Shown here piece after piece: positions 25,774-38,506 of a DNA stretch of 64,000 bases (position 1 is the first letter of the stretch; the number at the start of each line of letters is the position of its first letter). Position numbers and translations under genes: made by a program. Where the stretch lies: the NCBI RefSeq assembly GCF_006345805.1, contig NC_043003.1:15376001-15440000 (forward strand), in the 5' to 3' direction. The notes under the pieces are model-generated. The model was not told the origin of the DNA, ran no database searches, and saw nothing but the letters and a program-made list of their open reading frames with translations. Source of the DNA: Octopus sinensis (lineage: Eukaryota).

Positions 25774-26008
25774 AACCATACACACAGAAGTCGACATCGC
25801 AAAAACCTTTCCAAAGTTTCGTATTTTGATTTAAACACATTATTACTGTTTTACAGTTGTCTTGAAAAAAAAAAAAAAAAGATACCTTGTCAAATCAGTG
25901 ATTCTTTGTGAAGCAAATTCTGAAACAAATGTTAACGATGGGCTTACGTACACACACCACACTCAAACACACATACATACACGCATATACACGCATACAC
26001 ATACGCCG

Positions 26009-26046
<38 letters not shown>

Positions 26047-26312
26047 TGTGTAGGGAGATTCACGAAAAAACAAAAGTCGAAGACAAGTGATGTAGAAAAC
26101 AAACAGATGTATTAGTATAACGCTCGGGAATTGAAAAAGTCTTTAACGTTTCGCGCCTACGCTCTTCCACACAGCCACACACATACATACACATACACAT
26201 TTATACTTAAATACACATACACGTGAAATATATATGCATACATATGCATTCACATATACATGCATATATATGTGTATGCATGTTATATTATTATATTATA
26301 TAATATATATGT

Positions 26313-26366
<54 letters not shown>

Positions 26367-27155
26367 ATAAATAATTATACTTGTGTCTGATATACAACAT
26401 GGAATATTACATGGTCATATTTACGTGTACAAATGTCAAATGTGATTCTATGTTGTGATAACCTAACCAGCACGTTAATCATATCATATCGTCGTCACAT
26501 GCTAATGAAATGAAAATTCTTTCGGTTAGAGACTTTATCAAACATCATGATCATCTTCCAAAGACACTAGAAAAATAAATAAAACAAATAAATAAAATCA
26601 TAGATATATATGAGCTACTATGAAGTAAACTTGTGAAACTCGTTGTATTTCGTTACCAGTATATACTGAATGTTATCGGAAATGAATTATATTTATTTTA
26701 ATTTCTTAGTCATGTTTTTCAACGATAACCTTTGGGTTTTGCTTAAGATTGCACCGTTTGAAAACTTTTGAACACAATTATTTTTCGAAAGAATGCAATT
26801 CTGCTCGAAAGTGTAAATCTGCTTAATTATTGTTAATTAGTCGTTAAATTAGTTCTTAATTAAAAGTAGGTTATGTTTCAATAAAAATTCGTGGGAAATA
26901 TAAGAATTGTAAAGTTAGGTTAGCTTGAAGAAGTTGAAGTTTTAATAAAAAGTTGGATTCTACGGGGTATATGGCCCCCACCCACTGGATAGAACGCCGG
27001 TCTGTTGCAGGATTACCTATTTTTTGTCTGCTCAGTGGGTCGGAGGAACGTGGAATGGAATGTTTTAGTCAAGAACATAATACATCAGCCGGTCTAGGAA
27101 TCGAAATCACACCAACACCGGCTGTCAAACGTTGGTGGAGGACTAACACAAAGAC

Positions 27156-27210
<55 letters not shown>

Positions 27211-27475
27211 TATATATAGGAGGGCTTCTTCCAGTTTCCGTCTACCAAATCCACTCACAAGGGTTTGGTTGGCTCGAGGCTATAGTAGAAGACGCTTTGC
27301 CCAAGGTACTATGCAGTAGGATTGAACTCAGAGCCATGTGGTTAGGAAGCAAGCTTCTTACCACACACCATACACATACATACACATTTATATTTAAATA
27401 CACACACACGTAACATATATATGCATACATATGCATGGACATATACATGCATATATATGTGCATGCATGTTATAC

Positions 27476-27520
<45 letters not shown>

Positions 27521-27523
<3 letters not shown>

Positions 27524-27729
27524 TCTTACTCTTTTACTTGTTTCAGTCATTTGACTGCGGCCATGCTGGAGCACGCCTTTAGTCGAGCAAATCGACCCCG
27601 GGACTTATTCTTTGTAAGCCCAGTACTTATTCTATCGGTCTCTTTTGCCGAACCCCTAATTGACGGGGACGTAAACACACCAGCATCGGTTGTCAAGCAA
27701 TGCTAGGGGTACAAACACAAACACACACA

Positions 27730-27777
<48 letters not shown>

Positions 27778-27950
27778 CATCTATACGAAAGGCTTCTTTC
27801 AGTTTACGTCTACCAAATCCACTCACAAGGCTTTGGTCGGCCTGGGGCTATAGCCGAAGACACTTGCCCAAGATGCCACACAGTGGGACTGAACCCGGAA
27901 CTATGTGGTTGGTTAGCAAGCTACTTACCACACAGCTACTTCTGCGCCTA
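27521..27950 (-). mobile_element. Full-length composite CORE-like SINE with an internal microsatellite
   Basis: Head, then (TA)n/(TG)n, then second module ending CAAGTAAAAGAGTA; an adjacent partial copy lies at 27110-27373. Confidence 0.9.
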
Positions 27951-28245
27951 AATGTTTGCATTTGTAACTGTGTACCATGTTCTCCGTTTTTTGGTCTTTG
28001 TTGCCGTGCACATTCGGTAGCTCTCTTACAAAATGGTCTAATGCGTTCTTAGCTTAGACATTTTTGGGGGCAGCCAGATCGAACTGTCACAAGTGTAACT
28101 ACCCGAAACAGTCATGACTTCTGGTTCTTGACTGAGGAAAGGAGGCCTGTCCTTCTGATTGTTGTTTCTCCTATCCGCCTTTGTATCGTCTATCTGTTCA
28201 AATGCTTTATTGTCTTCTCTTGCGTTTTTGTTTCATATATATATA

Positions 28246-28294
<49 letters not shown>

Positions 28295-28511
28295 TATATA
28301 TATATTATATATATATATATATATACTAAGCAATTAAGGGTTTAGCAACGAATTGCCTCACCACACACCGAATTTAGAAATAGCAGTCAAAGAGTTATAG
28401 CTATTCTTTCTACTAAAAGGAGATCTCAGTAAAAACACAGCACTTAAAAGGCAAACACAGACAGGTAAGAGAGAATGAAATGACGGCAATCTATGATACA
28501 ATTTTAAGTCA

Positions 28512-28602
28512 CCTACGGACGTACGTTTCGAAATTAAGTTTTAGGAAAGCATAAGAATTAGATAATTATATCTTACCCAACTTCTTTTCTCATCAGCGTA
28601 GG
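28512..28602 (-). ncRNA. Type I hammerhead with intact core, long stem II and palindromic stem III
   Basis: Reverse complement reads CCTACG CTGATGA GAAA [~54 nt] TTTC GAAAC GTAC GTC CGTAGG. Confidence 0.85.
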
Positions 28603-28747
28603 ACACTACAATTATGAATAATTGTATATTAAATTTCGAGATACTAGAAGGCATCATCTCAACTCAGTATCAGAGCGAGCTAAAGCCGTTACCAGTACCA
28701 CCAAATTCAAAGTGTGAATGAAAGTTTGTGTCACCAGCCCCTTCCCA

Positions 28748-28905
28748 CCCGCACCAGTGTAATCACACAAATGTGAAACAAGGTGGAAAAAATAGTACTC
28801 GAATACTAGAGGTAGAGTAATATGTTTTATTAAAAACTGTCGGACGAACGGGAACGTGAAATTCTGAGTAACAGTTTTTGTGATATTTTTGCAGCTTTTT
28901 ATTAA
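28748..28905. mobile_element. Fold-back fragment of the same PLE family as 5190-7965
   Basis: 28748-28830 matches the reverse complement of ~7890-7955; 28832-28905 matches 7818-7893 in forward orientation. Confidence 0.75.
28832..28879 (+). ncRNA. Hammerhead homolog of 7823 with a U4G change
   Basis: AAAAACTGT CGGACGA ACG GGAA CGT GAAAT TCTGA GTA ACAGTTTTT. Confidence 0.65.
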
Positions 28906-28906
28906 A

Positions 28907-28949
<43 letters not shown>

Positions 28950-28950
<1 letters not shown>

Positions 28951-30240
28951 GAGGGGCGTTCAATAAGTAATGCCCCTGACCCACTTCCCATAGCAGTAGA
29001 GCAACGAAACTTGGCACATTTATTAGTCTTTTTCTACATAGGAACCACCCAGAGTTACGCATTTCTCCCATCGTTTGATGCGGCTCTGGAGACCGTTTTT
29101 GTAGAAGAACCCAGCTTGGTCCTCCAACCTCAACGTGACTTCAGAAATCAAGGCTGCATCATCTGGGAAACGCTTTCCTTTCAAAAACAACTTCATGATT
29201 GGGAAGAGGTGAAAATCAGAGGGTGCAAGGTCAGGAAAGTAGAGGGGATGGGGAGGAGTTCATAGCCATACGCCTGTGCTTCTGATCTGGCGACAAGCGA
29301 GTTGTGGACCGGAGCGTTGTCCTGCAGGAGGAGGATGCCTTTGCTGATCTTGCCCCGCCTCTTGATTTTGATAACTTTTCTTAATTTCCTCAAAAGTGAA
29401 GCATAATAGGCTCCTGCAATTGTGGTACCCTTTGCCAGGAAATCTGTCATCACTACTCCGTCCTGGTCCCAGAAGACTGTGAGCATGACCTTGCCAGCGG
29501 AGGGCTGCACCCTTGCCTTCTTTGGAGGGGGTGAGTCACGGCGCTTCCACTGCATTGACTGGGCTTTGGTCTCTGGATCATCGTGATTGACCCAGGTTTC
29601 ATCCTGTGTAATCAGTCTTTTGAAAAATTTTGACTCATCTTCTTGGCACATCTCCAAATTCACCCTCGAGCACTCGACGCGTTCTTGCTTCTGGAAAGGC
29701 GTGAGCAACCTGGGAATCCATCTGGCAGACACCTTTTGCATATGCAAATGGTCATGAATGATAGTTTCCACAGACCCGGTACTAATCTTGACCTCATGGG
29801 CTATTTGGCGAATAATTATGCGTCGATCTTCCAAAATGGCAGCCTCAACTTGACGGACAGATGCCTCTTCAATGGCAGAAGGGGGCGACCAGATCTGGGA
29901 GCTGTTTCCACAGAGTTCCGACCATGTTTGAATTCACGATGCCAGCGTTTTACAAGGTCATATGATGGGGCATCATCACCATAAGTTACTTTCATTTCAT
30001 CAAAAGTCTCCCGTGGTGTGCGTCCTTTCAAATACAAAAACCGGATCACTGCTCGACACTCAACAGGCTCCATTTCACACTTGACTCGGTTCAAACACCT
30101 GTAAATCAAAAACCACAATTAATTCAGAGCTGTAATTTTCCACGTACTCTATAGAGATATAAATGATTGCACATCCAAAATTTCAGCTAGATCAAACAAC
30201 TGCAAGTGGGTCAGAGACATTACTTATTGAACGTCTCTCG
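28950..30240 (-). mobile_element. Full-length mariner (1291 bp), irritans-like, inserted in (TA)n
   Basis: 34-bp TIRs CGAGGGGCGTTCAATAAGTAATGCCCCTGACCCA with 4 mismatches; TA on both sides. Confidence 0.92.
29023..30073 (-). pseudogene. Mariner D,D34D transposase with two frameshifts
   Basis: MEPVECRAVIRFL, RSGRP, ARWIPRLLT, ITQDETW and LLQDNAP; after frameshift, HPLYFPDLAPSDF and RWEKCVTLGGSYVEKD*. Confidence 0.9.
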
Positions 30241-30278
30241 TATATATGTATATGCAAGTATACATACATACACGCACG

Positions 30279-30310
<32 letters not shown>

Positions 30311-30332
30311 TGTATGTATGTATGTATGTATG

Positions 30333-30399
<67 letters not shown>

Positions 30400-30755
30400 A
30401 TATATATATATTATTTCGAGAGTATAATAATTATTAAAGGGGTGTCAGCGTCCAGATTCCCCAGTTTTATCCAGTGTATCGATGGAATACTAAAAGATTG
30501 ATGGATATGAGTATATTACGATTTAGGTATAAGAAAAAGAAAATATCGTTTATATAACGTAACCGTTCCCTTGTTCTTCAACTTATTAACACACGCATGC
30601 GTACAAATACACTAAAACAAAATTGCATACAAACAAGAAACGTTTTTTAAAAAAAACCCACTACAATGCATGAACGCACATATCTCAATTTAATGTTGAG
30701 TTTACCAATGATATATCAACAGACTAGAATGTAGTTCCTTTTTCAATCAAATTCC

Positions 30756-30852
30756 GATCCTGACGAAATGTTCAATTAACTATATTCAATATGAATCTCT
30801 AATTTAGTTTTTCCAATTTGGATTAATTAGACATGGAAACGATCGTAGGATC
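30756..30852 (+). ncRNA. Long-stem-II hammerhead motif, one C short at the stem I/core junction
   Basis: GATC CTGACGA A ATGT..AATTAA..TTAATT..ACAT G GAAAC GATC GTA GGATC; stem III ACGATCGT is palindromic. Confidence 0.65.
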
Positions 30853-30945
30853 TATGAGTTTGATATTCTTCGAAATTGGATTTATTTCAATGATTTGATG
30901 TCTGCATATCGATATATATATATATATATATATAATATATATATA

Positions 30946-30976
<31 letters not shown>

Positions 30977-31208
30977 CTAACATAGGATAAAATTTTTTTC
31001 AGAAAAAAATTTCATCAAAAGTGGCAGCATTTTAAAATAACTTTAAAGGTTAAAAATTATAAACAACTTATAAACAAGGGCAAAAGGAAAATTATTTCTA
31101 TGCCAATATGCCGAGAACAGACTTAAATCCTCAATTTCCACATTACAATATAATTCACTAAAAATACACGTCCTGCTGAAATCGAGGAAAGCGAGCTAAC
31201 AGAATTTA

Positions 31209-31303
<95 letters not shown>

Positions 31304-31661
31304 TGTATGTATGTATGTATGTATGTATAAATAAAAAAACGGATCAAGAACATAATGGATGCCAAATTAAAACATACAGACAGATAGACGATACAAAGAC
31401 GGACAGAAAAACCAGGACGGAATATTCGTGGCTTTCTATTCATCAGTGAAGCTTCCAATCATTATTACAGTTTCAGCCTGTTTCGCTTTTTTGTAGGCCC
31501 CAAAAATATAAGCTAAGGGCATTAAGTTTTGGGGAGAAAGCAAGCGAGTATGTGCGATAATACGGACCAAACAAGAAAACAGAGAAAATGTTACACGATT
31601 ACAAATACAAACAAGAATAACAACAGGTGTCTTTCGACTAAAAGGACAAATATATATGTAC

Positions 31662-31756
<95 letters not shown>

Positions 31757-31777
31757 CATCCATCCATCCATCCATCC

Positions 31778-31824
<47 letters not shown>

Positions 31825-31841
31825 CATCCATCCATCAATCC

Positions 31842-31917
<76 letters not shown>

Positions 31918-31918
31918 C

Positions 31919-31953
<35 letters not shown>

Positions 31954-31980
31954 CCATCCATCCATCCATCCATCTATCTA

Positions 31981-32029
<49 letters not shown>

Positions 32030-32079
32030 ATCTATCTATCCATCCATCCATCCATCCATCCATCTATCTATTATCTATC

Positions 32080-32142
<63 letters not shown>
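31662..32142. repeat. (TATC)n/(TCCA)n microsatellite
   Basis: Direct reading. Confidence 0.95.
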
Positions 32143-32143
<1 letters not shown>

Positions 32144-32870
32144 AATACATACATACATACATACATACATAAACACATACACACATGTGTGTCTGTCTGT
32201 GTGTGTTTGTATGCATAGTCTCCCCAGTTCGTTTTAATTCCCTAATAGGTTTAATTCCATCAAACCAAATTCTATTCTATTCAAATTCCTCAATGTAATG
32301 GAAGTCAAATGTCATAAGGTTGAACGCTCTTCTGTTTAACTCTCGCCACATCATCATTCTCTTATTTTATATGCTATTGATTTCGTTCAATTTTATTCTC
32401 CAATTTAATCACCCATTTTGGTAAGGTTACGTCCATTTTCCAGAAACCTGAGCCATTTTAACTTATTAACTTAAATTGGATTCGTTAATTTGGACTACCA
32501 AGTGAAGAACTGTCCTGAGTCTTGGATATATTGTATTACTCACCATCATCATCGTCGTCATCGTCGTCGTCATCATCATCATCCTCATCATCATCATCAT
32601 CATCATCCTCATCATCATCATCATCACCGCTATCTCCGTCATCGCCGTCCTCGTCGTCATTATCATCGTCGTTTTAACTTCCACTTTTCCATACTTGCAG
32701 TTTATCGAAGCAGAATTTTGTACGGCTGGAGGCCCTTCCTGTCGCCAACCCTCATCTGTATCCAAGCAAGGTAATATTTTCCTACGTTCGCACATGTTCT
32801 TGCAGGATACTGGAAATCAGTGACATTCATTTGCCAACAATCACATGATGTCAGTAAAAGAACACGCACG

Positions 32871-32906
<36 letters not shown>

Positions 32907-33380
32907 AAATCACAGAGACACACTCTAACACAGACAGACAAACTGACACACACACAAAAATACACACGCACATACAGACACAGAAAGAAAAACACAAACA
33001 CACACACACGCACGCATCCATGCCCACACACACAAACATACATACACACATATATACATACATAATACATAAATGCATGCATGCATGCATGCATACATAC
33101 ATACATACACAACGAATCTCTTCGAGTTTACGTCTACTATGTCCACTCAAAAGGATTTGATCAACTCTGGACTATAGTAGAAGACACATGTCCAAATTGT
33201 AGCACACTGGAACTGAGCTCGAAACCATGTGGTTGAAAACCAAACTTCATAACCACACAGCCAAGCCTGCGCCTTACTCAAGTTAAGAAGTTATATTACG
33301 ACAAGCAACTTCTCCGGAATAGATGTACGGCGCGCATATTGTGTTTATAAAACATGAAGCATTTTAGTTGATTTGATATA

Positions 33381-33946
33381 TTGGGTTGTCCGGAAAGTTC
33401 GTGCCGATTTATAGAATCTTACCTTTCGACTTATTTTAGAACATGGTTGAGTCCATAAAATATGATTTGACTACACCTCCATTTAGAGCACAGTTTAAGC
33501 TATCTTTTCGTGGAAGAAGGTTTATGTTCCTATAACCTGTGTTAATTCTGTAACCCTTTAAAATGGAAGATAAGAAAGTTCATATTCGGCACTTGATGCT
33601 TTGGGAATCAGACAAAAATTGCTGCAGCTCGGCTGGGATGTTTTACCCTACCCTCCCTATTCACCAGATATCGCTCCTTTGGATTTCCACTTATTCGGGT
33701 CTCTGCAGAATAGTCTTAATAGTAAAAATTTCAATTCCTTGGATGACGTAAAAAGATACCTTGATGAATTCTTTGCCATGAAACCACCTCAATTCTGGGA
33801 AGAGGGTATTTTCAAGTTAAAGGAAAGATGGAGACGCATTGTGCAACAAAATGGTTGATATTTGGTTGATTAAAAATGTAATGGCAAGTATTTATTGACC
33901 ATTTTCTTTCCTTTAAAAATCGGCACGAACTTTCCGGACAACCCAA
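33381..33946 (+). mobile_element. Internally deleted mariner (566 bp) with perfect 30-bp TIRs
   Basis: TIR TTGGGTTGTCCGGAAAGTTCGTGCCGATTT; MEDKKVHIRHLMLWE is fused to QKLLQLGWDVLPYPPYSPDIAPLDF...KERWRRIVQQNG. Confidence 0.9.
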
Positions 33947-34409
33947 AACTTTTCATCTTTATTTAGATAGCATAATTACAAGTGCGTAAGCTAAGCGTTT
34001 TCGTAACATTTCGTTGCTAACAACGAAGTATTAGAAATTCGTTGGATTACTCCTATCCCCAACGGCGTCGGAAGAAGTCTACAAATATTGCTTTGTGCAG
34101 TCGTAAGTAGTATTACAATCACAATTTGAGTGACAACGACGAGGTTTGATGACGTAAGCACTGAGATGATAACCAAGATGATGATGGTGACGGTATGCCG
34201 CCTGTCCACGTCGTAGTCGTCGACGATGATGGTGATGATTCGTGGATTATGATGACATACAAAGTAAATAATTGTTTTTTATGGTCTACTGAGTGTTGGT
34301 TGGAGGAATTGTGAATAATGATTGAACGTCTCAGATCCATGAAAAAAAAAAGAATTCATATTTGGTAAATCAACAGGTAAACAGTTCCTCAAGAAGAAAC
34401 ATCCAATGT

Positions 34410-34486
<77 letters not shown>

Positions 34487-35383
34487 CCAAGAAAAACAAA
34501 AACAAATAAAAAAACAAAACCCGAAATATTCACTGATTTGAGAAAGCTAGCAAAGCACTTCATTAACAACCAATCGCCTGACATTTACTTCATTAAGACC
34601 CATTAGATGTAAAATTCGCAGCTCATTAACAAATTTCGTAGAAATATTTGACTGATTAATGAATCACATCGTGCTCTTTGTGATCGTTAAAGAATTCTAC
34701 ATTGTTAGTCAGCTCATTAAAGAATACTTAACAACATCTCTAACATATTTCTTACAAGTCTTGCACAGTTCTTGAAATTACAGGTATCTATTTATGATTT
34801 GGCCTGGTTTGTAAAATCGGGTTTTTAACGTTTATAACGGTAGGTGTTTAAAAGGAATTCTGATAAATTAAGTTACAATTTCCCCTCAGCTTGACACAGT
34901 TTATATGTTTGTGTGTACTCTAACATCATACGCTCGTTCAGTCATATAACACATGCCGCCATATGTACATACATGCATATATATATATATATAGATATAT
35001 ATATATATTATATATATCATATATATATATATATATATATGCATATGTATATATAATAAGCATGTACATGTATGCATACCTACGTATATACATATTTATA
35101 GATATGCATATATACATGTGTATATATATATATACGCACACACATATACATATACGCATACATATATGTATATATATATATATTATATATATATACATAC
35201 ATACATAATATATATACACAATTATATATGTATATTATATCATACATACATACATATATATATACACACTTATATATGTAATATATATATACGCATATAT
35301 ATATATATATACATATACGTATATACATACATCCTATGCATTTGAAGATGGGAATAGCTGAGCAAGGAAGCGAGCTTCGATCT

Positions 35384-35483
35384 NNNNNNNNNNNNNNNNN
35401 NNNNNNNNNNNNNNNNNNNNNNNNNNNNNNNNNNNNNNNNNNNNNNNNNNNNNNNNNNNNNNNNNNNNNNNNNNNNNNNNNNN
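35384..35483. other. Assembly gap (100 N)
   Basis: N run. Confidence 1.
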
Positions 35484-35630
35484 ATGAGAAACGGAAACAT
35501 AAACACAAAACCAAGGAAATAGACATTTTTTCTTAAACAACGAAAAAATAGAGTACAGGACATATAATAAACAAGGAAAATTCCCCTTTTTCAGTCGCCT
35601 TTGCTTCATCTACTCCGCGTTTCGAAGGTC

Positions 35631-35684
<54 letters not shown>

Positions 35685-36109
35685 TATATATATATTATAT
35701 ATAATATATGAGGAGAAAATGGATATAATAACAATGGGAAAGTCGTGATTTTTCCTGGTAATGCCTTTAATTTAATTAGATAACAAATAAAAGAAGAAGA
35801 GTTCAACTATCGCAGTATATTATTTAAGCTTACGTCAATTCTACCGTGGTGTTTTTTTTGAATTTTTAATAAAATGAACATGTACAAATATAAAATAATA
35901 AAAAAATACAACCACAGACTACTGCTTCTATTCGCGGATTTCCACCTATCGCGAGGGGAGGGGCCTAACCACCTGCGATAGTCGAGAGATTACTATATAT
36001 ATATATATATAATATATATATATATATTATATATATATATATATTATATATATAGATAGATAGATGGATAGATTGATAGATGATAGATAGATAGATAGAT
36101 AGATAGATA

Positions 36110-36485
36110 GGCGGTGAGCTGGCAGAAACGTTTAGCATTCCGGGCGAAATGCTTAGCGGTATTTTGTCTGCTGCTACGTTCTGAGTTCAAATTCCGCCGA
36201 GGTCGACATTGCCTTTCATCCTTTCGGGGTCAATTAAATAAGTATCAGTTACACACTGGGGTCGATATAATCGACTTAATCCGTTTGTCTGTCCTTGTTT
36301 GACTTCTTTGTGTTTAGCCCTTTGTGGGTAGTAAAGAAATAGGTATTTCGTTTGTCTTTATGTTCTGAGTTCAAATTCCGCCGAGACCGAGTTTGCCTTT
36401 CATCCTTTCGGAGCCGATAAATTAAGCACCATTTGCGTACTGGGGTCGATCTAATCGACTGGCTCCTCCCCCAAAATTTTGAGCC
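36110..36485 (+). mobile_element. Meta-like SINE, two tandem bodies
   Basis: Homolog of the 12287 family; a further partial minus-strand copy lies at 36712-36870. Confidence 0.85.
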
Positions 36486-37176
36486 ATATATATATATATG
36501 AATGTGTGTGTGTTTATCCTCTACCACCGTTTGACAACCGGTGTTGGTGTGTTTACGTCCCTGTAACGTCGTGTTTCGGAAAAATTGACCGATATATTAA
36601 GTAACAGGCTTAAAAAGAAAATAAGTACTGGGTTAGATTAGTTCGACTAAAATTCCTGAAGGCGACGCTCCAGCATGGCCGCAGTCTAATGATCTAAACA
36701 AGTAACATATTGTTTTCTACTCTCGGCACAAGGCCCGAAATTTTGGGGGAGAGGGCCAGTCGATTAGATCGACCCCTGTACGCAACTGGTACTTGATTTA
36801 TCGACTCCGAAAAGGTGAAAAGCAAAGTCGACCTCGACGGAATTTGAACTCAGAACGTAAAGACAGACGAAAAAGATCAAGTAAAATATTAAAAGAATAT
36901 ATACGCGCGCGCGTGTGCGCATGTACCATTTGTATGTGCGTGGGTGTGTATGTATACCAACTAAAACAAGTTTACTTGGACTTAACTTCTGCAGTTTTCT
37001 AGAATAACATAAAAGTTTTTAACAGAAGTTTTTATTACGCGTGAAGAAAATTCAAGATTTAAACTGAAGTGAAATAATGCCATTTTAACATTGTCTCGGG
37101 TGTTATTTTATTATGCTGTAATACTATACTCGTGATATATAACATTGCTGCTTCTTTGTAAATTATTGCAAACTCA

Positions 37177-37270
<94 letters not shown>

Positions 37271-37402
37271 GGACCAGCAAGACTGGATTGCCTAGGGGGT
37301 CGAAATACTTGCCCAAATCGGTCCAGCGAATTTAGAAAAAATTATTCACCTAATCCGATTGACAAAGGATTCGAGCTTGCATATTGACAGAGGATTCGAG
37401 CT

Positions 37403-37777
37403 TGCCTTAGTGCATCCTTAAGGTTTCGTGCTAATTTTATATATAAATATATATAATAATATTAGGGAATATAATTCCAAACTTACAGGGAAAAATTTAA
37501 TAAACATTTAAATGTTTATTTAATTTAGTGATTTTTTGAATAATAATTATTATAGTATATTAAATTTTTTTCTATATAATATAGATAATGTCTTTTATTA
37601 TTGAATTGCTTAATAGAGAATTTCTCTTAATTATATACATATATTATATATTGTGAGATTTGATTTAGAATTGCTAAATTGAATTTTTCCCTGTAAGTTT
37701 GGAATTATATTCCCTAATATTATTATAGATATTTATTATATAAAATTAGCACGGAGCCTTAAGGATGCACTAAGGCA
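37403..37777. repeat. Inverted repeat, ~95-bp arms (37403-37497 and 37682-37777)
   Basis: TGCCTTAGTGCATCCTTAAGG...CTTACAGGGAAAAATT and its reverse complement. Confidence 0.85.
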
Positions 37778-37951
37778 TCGTGCTAATTTTATATTTTGTA
37801 TTTTTAGTTTATAATGCTATTAAACCTGTGAACCGCCTATGTTACTGCTCTCAATATTATCAATTAAAAATATTTGCCACAGATTAATTAACAATAATTA
37901 ACAATAGTAACATCGTATTTCGAACTTAAACATTCGAATGTTTTTTGCTCC

Positions 37952-38000
<49 letters not shown>

Positions 38001-38084
38001 GTATATATTAAAAATATGACATAAAATGTATATGTATGACACATTATGTGTATGTGTGTGTTTGTGTGCTTGTATATGTATATA

Positions 38085-38373
38085 TCACGGGATCACGGGA
38101 CCGACCAGACCATCAGATGTTGTTACACATCGCTGGTCACTATGCGTTCGCATTGTTTTAGCCTTCAAATGCTAAGCGAGCAAGCCAACAGAAGTAAGAG
38201 TGGGAGAAAGAGTGGTGAAAGAGTACAGCAGGGATCACCACCCTACCGGAACTTCGTGGAGCTTTTAGGTGTTTTCGCTCAATAAACACTCACAACGCCC
38301 GGTCTGGGAATCGAAACCGCGATCCTGCGACCGCGAGTCCGCTGCCCTAACCACTAGGCCGTTGCGCCTCCAC
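38085..38373 (-). mobile_element. tRNA(Arg)-like SINE, tail type B
   Basis: Head and body as at 10053; tail shared with 60232. Confidence 0.85.
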
Positions 38374-38420
38374 GTATAGGTATATATATATGTATATATA
38401 TATGATGTGACACACACTCA

Positions 38421-38454
<34 letters not shown>

Positions 38455-38506
38455 AGGTGTCAAACATATACATTTTATATGTCATATGTTATATATGTAG
38501 TATATA

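Noticed and set aside
26141-26170. Partial hammerhead GAGC GTAG GCGC GAAAC GTT AAAG on the minus strand
   Set aside because: The CUGANGA half is lost into a CA repeat; noted as a remnant only.
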